Positions 17,753 to 20,000 of a stretch of DNA of 20,000 bases are shown here, in pieces (positions within the stretch are counted from its first letter, which is position 1; the number at the start of each line of letters is the position of its first letter). The notes under the pieces were generated by a model. The model had not been told where the DNA came from and ran no database searches. It saw nothing but the letters and a program-made list of their open reading frames with translations. Both the position numbers and the translations under genes were made by a program. Source of the DNA: an uncultured virus (IMG/VR IMGVR_UViG_3300021426_000069) (Duplodnaviria > Heunggongvirae > Uroviricota > Caudoviricetes); the IMG/VR virus record IMGVR_UViG_3300021426_000069, one strand, 5' to 3'.

Positions 17753-17781
17753 ACGGCCTGTGCGCGGTTGTCACAGGCCGT
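17753..17781. repeat. GC-rich hairpin element, copy 3
   Basis: ACGGCCTGTG-[CGCGGTTGT]-CACAGGCCGT; perfect 10-bp stem; followed by a T-run on the + strand. Confidence 0.85.
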
Positions 17782-17787
17782 TTTTTT

Positions 17788-17816
17788 ATTATACCACAGC
17801 CAGCGGATTTTGTCAA
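17788..17816 (-). promoter_or_regulatory. Antisense sigma-A consensus promoter pointing into hairpin copy 3
   Basis: - strand TTGACA-aaatccgctggctgtgg(17)-TATAAT with extended TG. Confidence 0.75.
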
Positions 17817-17922
17817 GGGTTTTTTGCAATTTTTTTAATTTTTTTACGTTTCCCGATACGCCAGGGCGCGTTGTTGGGGTAAGTGTAAAGTAAAAAATTT
17901 TTTTATTTTTTTAAAAAAACTA

Positions 17923-17961
17923 TTGACTTTTATTTGTTTAGGGTGTATAATAAGTATGTAA
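17923..17961 (+). promoter_or_regulatory. Early-type promoter P6
   Basis: TTGACT(17923)-17-TATAAT(17946)-aagt-ATGTAA. Confidence 0.85.
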
Positions 17962-17987
17962 GATGAAGAAAGAAAGAGGTTATAAAA

Positions 17988-18173
17988 ATGAAAAAAGTAT
18001 TATTTTATGGAATTTGTATTTTAGGAATTGTTGGTTGTTTTAAATTATTAGAATTACAAGACCAACACGAAAGAGAAAGAGCAATCGCTCGTTGTGGTAA
18101 TGAAAATAATATTGTAGAACACTTTACAAAAGATGGTGATAGTTATTGGACTTGTAAAGTTGGAAAAAAATAA
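17988..18173 (+). CDS. Small single-pass membrane or exported protein (61 aa)
   Basis: MKK plus hydrophobic helix; two Cys in the C-terminal part; GAAAGAGGT RBS. Confidence 0.75.
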   Translation: MKKVLFYGICILGIVGCFKLLELQDQHERERAIARCGNENNIVEHFTKDGDSYWTCKVGKK

Positions 18174-18192
18174 AAAAACTTTTAAAAAAGTA

Positions 18193-18231
18193 TTGACATT
18201 AAAAGGCAAGTATGTTATAATAATATTGTAA
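18193..18231 (+). promoter_or_regulatory. Early-type promoter P7
   Basis: TTGACA(18193)-17-(TGt)TATAAT(18216)-aata-TTGTAA. Confidence 0.85.
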
Positions 18232-18255
18232 TAAAGGAAAGGGAGAGTGATTACA

Positions 18256-18411
18256 ATGGCTAAAAGAAAATCAGTAGTTAATAAAGTAGTAGTTGACAAA
18301 AACGCAGCTCAATTCATGAGAACTGCACAAAATCTTGCTAGGAAAGGAAAAACTAATAAGAAACTACACGGCAGAAATGCTAATCCAAAAGCAGCTAAAT
18401 ACGCAAAATAG
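18256..18411 (+). CDS. Very basic micro-protein, 51 aa (MAKRKSVVNKVVVDKNAAQFMRTAQNLARKGKTNKKLHGRNANPKAAKYAK)
   Basis: Own promoter, AAGGGAGAG RBS and terminator; 15 K/R versus 1 acidic residue; not in the ORF track. Confidence 0.8.
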   Translation: MAKRKSVVNKVVVDKNAAQFMRTAQNLARKGKTNKKLHGRNANPKAAKYAK

Positions 18412-18422
18412 TTGCTTTTTTT
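18387..18422 (+). terminator. Intrinsic terminator overlapping the stop codon
   Basis: AAAAGCAGCTA-N11-TAGTTGCTTTT plus TTT. Confidence 0.6.
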
Positions 18423-18456
18423 ATTAAATAAAATTTTAACAACTCTACCAGGCGTG

Positions 18457-18485
18457 TCGGCGCGCGTTTGGTCGTGGCGTGCCGA
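18457..18485. repeat. GC-rich hairpin element, copy 4
   Basis: TCGGCGCGC-G-[TTTGGTCGT]-G-GCGTGCCGA; 9-bp stem with one G.T pair on the + strand. Confidence 0.75.
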
Positions 18486-18588
18486 TTTTACATAATATTT
18501 ACACCTTGGAGTTGTGAAAATCGAAAAATGACACACCAGGACGCGTTGTCACTTCCCAAAACTTTTCTAAAAAAAATGCAAAAAACAC

Positions 18589-18638
18589 TTGACTTTTTTC
18601 TTATAGTATGAGATAATTATAATGTAAGAGAAAGAGGT
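18589..18638 (+). promoter_or_regulatory. Early-type promoter P8 plus RBS; identical to 15478-15527
   Basis: Exact 50-bp direct repeat of P1. Confidence 0.8.
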
Positions 18639-18646
18639 GTTAAATT

Positions 18647-18802
18647 ATGTTAAATAAAAATCAATACGAGTTAATAATGAAAGCATTTGAAAGTCATAGA
18701 AAACAAAATTGTTATAAAGATGAAAAAACTCGTTATAAAATAAATAAAGAATTACAAGAAATTAAAGAAATTTTAAAAAACCTATTGACAAATAATCAAT
18801 AG
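18647..18802 (+). CDS. Micro-protein, 51 aa (MLNKNQYELIMKAFESHRKQNCYKDEKTRYKINKELQEIKEILKNLLTNNQ)
   Basis: GAAAGAGGTG RBS after P8; the 3' end reads through the -35 of P9; not in the ORF track. Confidence 0.7.
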   Translation: MLNKNQYELIMKAFESHRKQNCYKDEKTRYKINKELQEIKEILKNLLTNNQ

Positions 18803-18823
18803 TTTGATATAATTATAATGTAA
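18785..18823 (+). promoter_or_regulatory. Early-type promoter P9
   Basis: TTGACA(18785)-17-(TGa)TATAAT(18808)-tata-ATGTAA. Confidence 0.85.
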
Positions 18824-18849
18824 TCAATAAGGAAAGGGAATGATTAAAA

Positions 18850-19593
18850 ATGATTAAAAAAATTGATTTAAAAAAAGAAAGATATTTAATGTTTATTGAT
18901 ACTGAAACAATAGGAACATTAAATGTTAAAGAAAGTGTTTTACCATTTGAAATTGGTATGAAAGTATTAGATTTAGAAAGTATGAAAGTTGTAAAAGAAA
19001 AAAGTTATCTAGTTAGAAAGTTCTTTAATAATAAGTATATAATGTTATCAACATTTAGTGCTACTAAATATCCAAACTATTTTGAAAAGTTAGAAAATGA
19101 CAAGAGATATAAAACAATGAGTGTTAATGATATTTCAAAAGACATTGAAAAAACTATTTCAAGATATGCAATAAAAATAATGGTTGCACACAATGGCAAT
19201 TTTGATAAAACTGCTATGGCAAGATTATTTGAAGATTTTGGAGTTAATAACCCATTTGAAAATATTGATTTACTTGATACTATGGAACTATCAAAAATTA
19301 TCACTTTTTCAAAAGATTATGCAAACTATTGCTTAAAAAATAAAGATAGACTAAACTCTATGAAAGATAGTTGCTTTATTACAAATAGTGGTAGAGTAAG
19401 AACTACAGCACAAGCAATTTATTGCTACATTTCAGACAATAGTCAATTTGAAGAAGCCCACACTGGACTTGAAGATATTGACATTGAAATTGAAATCTTT
19501 AAACATTCTTTAAACTTATTAGGAAATACAATAGTAAGTTTAAACACTTCTCCAAGTTGGAGAGATTATTCAAAAGTAGTTGAAGAAGATTAA
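18850..19593 (+). CDS. DEDDh (DnaQ/RNase T-like) 3'-5' exonuclease (247 aa)
   Basis: ExoI 'FIDTET', ExoII 'VAHNGNFD', 'LLDT' and ExoIII 'HTGLED'. Confidence 0.88.
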   Translation: MIKKIDLKKERYLMFIDTETIGTLNVKESVLPFEIGMKVLDLESMKVVKEKSYLVRKFFNNKYIMLSTFSATKYPNYFEKLENDKRYKTMSVNDISKDIEKTISRYAIKIMVAHNGNFDKTAMARLFEDFGVNNPFENIDLLDTMELSKIITFSKDYANYCLKNKDRLNSMKDSCFITNSGRVRTTAQAIYCYISDNSQFEEAHTGLEDIDIEIEIFKHSLNLLGNTIVSLNTSPSWRDYSKVVEED

Positions 19594-19607
19594 AAAATCT
19601 TCTTCAA
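19580..19607 (+). terminator. Hairpin over the exonuclease stop codon
   Basis: TTGAAGAAGATT-AAAA-AATCTTCTTCAA perfect 12-bp stem; no clear U tract. Confidence 0.45.
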
Positions 19608-19621
19608 ATTACAAAAAACTA

Positions 19622-19660
19622 TTGACTTATTTTTAATAATTTGATATAATAATAATGTAA
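19622..19660 (+). promoter_or_regulatory. Early-type promoter P10
   Basis: TTGACT(19622)-17-(TGa)TATAAT(19645)-aata-ATGTAA. Confidence 0.85.
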
Positions 19661-19678
19661 TAAAGAAAGGGTGATAGA

Positions 19679-19915
19679 ATGAAAAATGTAAAATATTATA
19701 GTCTTGTAAATGTAGAGGGTGAATTTCCATATTTATTTAAAACTGAACAAGAAATGGTTGATTGGTTAAATAATTATGCTAAACAAGAAAAAATTCGAGG
19801 GGTTGAAAATACTGATAAATGGTTAACCGAAATGTTAAAAAATGGTTATAGTCAAATTTATAGTAATTATCCTGATACAATCATCATTTTTGATTATCAA
19901 GCAAATGAGAATTAA
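19679..19915 (+). CDS. Hypothetical protein (78 aa)
   Basis: GAAAGGGTG RBS, own promoter; palindrome AAATGAGAATTAATTCTCATTT (19903-19924) over the stop. Confidence 0.75.
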   Translation: MKNVKYYSLVNVEGEFPYLFKTEQEMVDWLNNYAKQEKIRGVENTDKWLTEMLKNGYSQIYSNYPDTIIIFDYQANEN

Positions 19916-20000
19916 TTCTCATTTTTATTTTGCGGATGTCGGTCATTACGAAAATAATTGAAAAAGATTAAAAATCTTTTTTTTTTTTTTTTTTTTTTTT

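Noticed and set aside
15370..18638. CRISPR array, or tRNA genes among the GC-rich hairpins
   Set aside because: Repeats are 0.7-1.3 kb apart with genes between them and non-identical stems; no cloverleaf, T-loop GTTCRA or CCA pattern
16242..19304. - strand ORFs at 16242, 17457, 18054, 18309 and 19077, and + strand ORF 16614-16826
   Set aside because: They overlap better-supported genes, promoters or hairpins and lack an RBS; 17457-17816 starts at the -35 TTG of the antisense promoter, upstream of its +1
15511..19660. ATGTAA after most promoters read as start-stop mini-ORFs
   Set aside because: It lies 4 nt after the -10, so the G is at the expected +1 and the AT would not be transcribed; better explained as an initiation motif
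19977..20000. Run of 24 T at the window end after a short AAAAAGATT/AATCTTTTT inverted repeat
   Set aside because: Probably a homopolymer or contig-end artefact extending a terminator U tract; cannot be assessed without reads

Overview
AT-rich segment of a large tailed dsDNA phage (Caudoviricetes) of a low-GC Firmicute-type host, inferred from sigma-A consensus promoters and GGAGG/GAAAGAGGT ribosome-binding sites. No host genes, RNA genes or integrase are seen. Bases 1-13.2 kb (- strand) hold a packaging and head-neck module: two Zn-finger proteins, terminase large subunit, a small PD-(D/E)xK nuclease, portal, protease/scaffold, decoration protein, major capsid protein and neck/tail-completion genes. 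This order resembles the SPbeta yonF-yonE-yonD-yonC-yonB block. A divergent promoter pair at 13.3 kb drives a + strand operon of a nucleotidyltransferase and three small ORFs. After a ~550 bp non-coding junction (15.0-15.5 kb) comes an early/host-takeover-like region of ten single-gene cassettes, each with its own near-consensus sigma-A promoter and a shared +1 motif. They include a HAD nucleotidase, a membrane-anchored glucosaminidase, a DEDDh exonuclease and three micro-ORFs missed by the ORF track. The most unusual signal is a composite non-coding element repeated four times in this region. Each copy has a GC-rich hairpin with a variable stem but a conserved 9-nt loop (NNNGGKYGT) and a TTCCCRAWAC motif. 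Three copies add a TTKACA-N5-TTKACA box, and two add a perfect antisense promoter aimed at the hairpin base. A candidate phage-specific late promoter motif (GGRCAA-N25-TTTWATATTAT) and a nested scaffold gene were also found.
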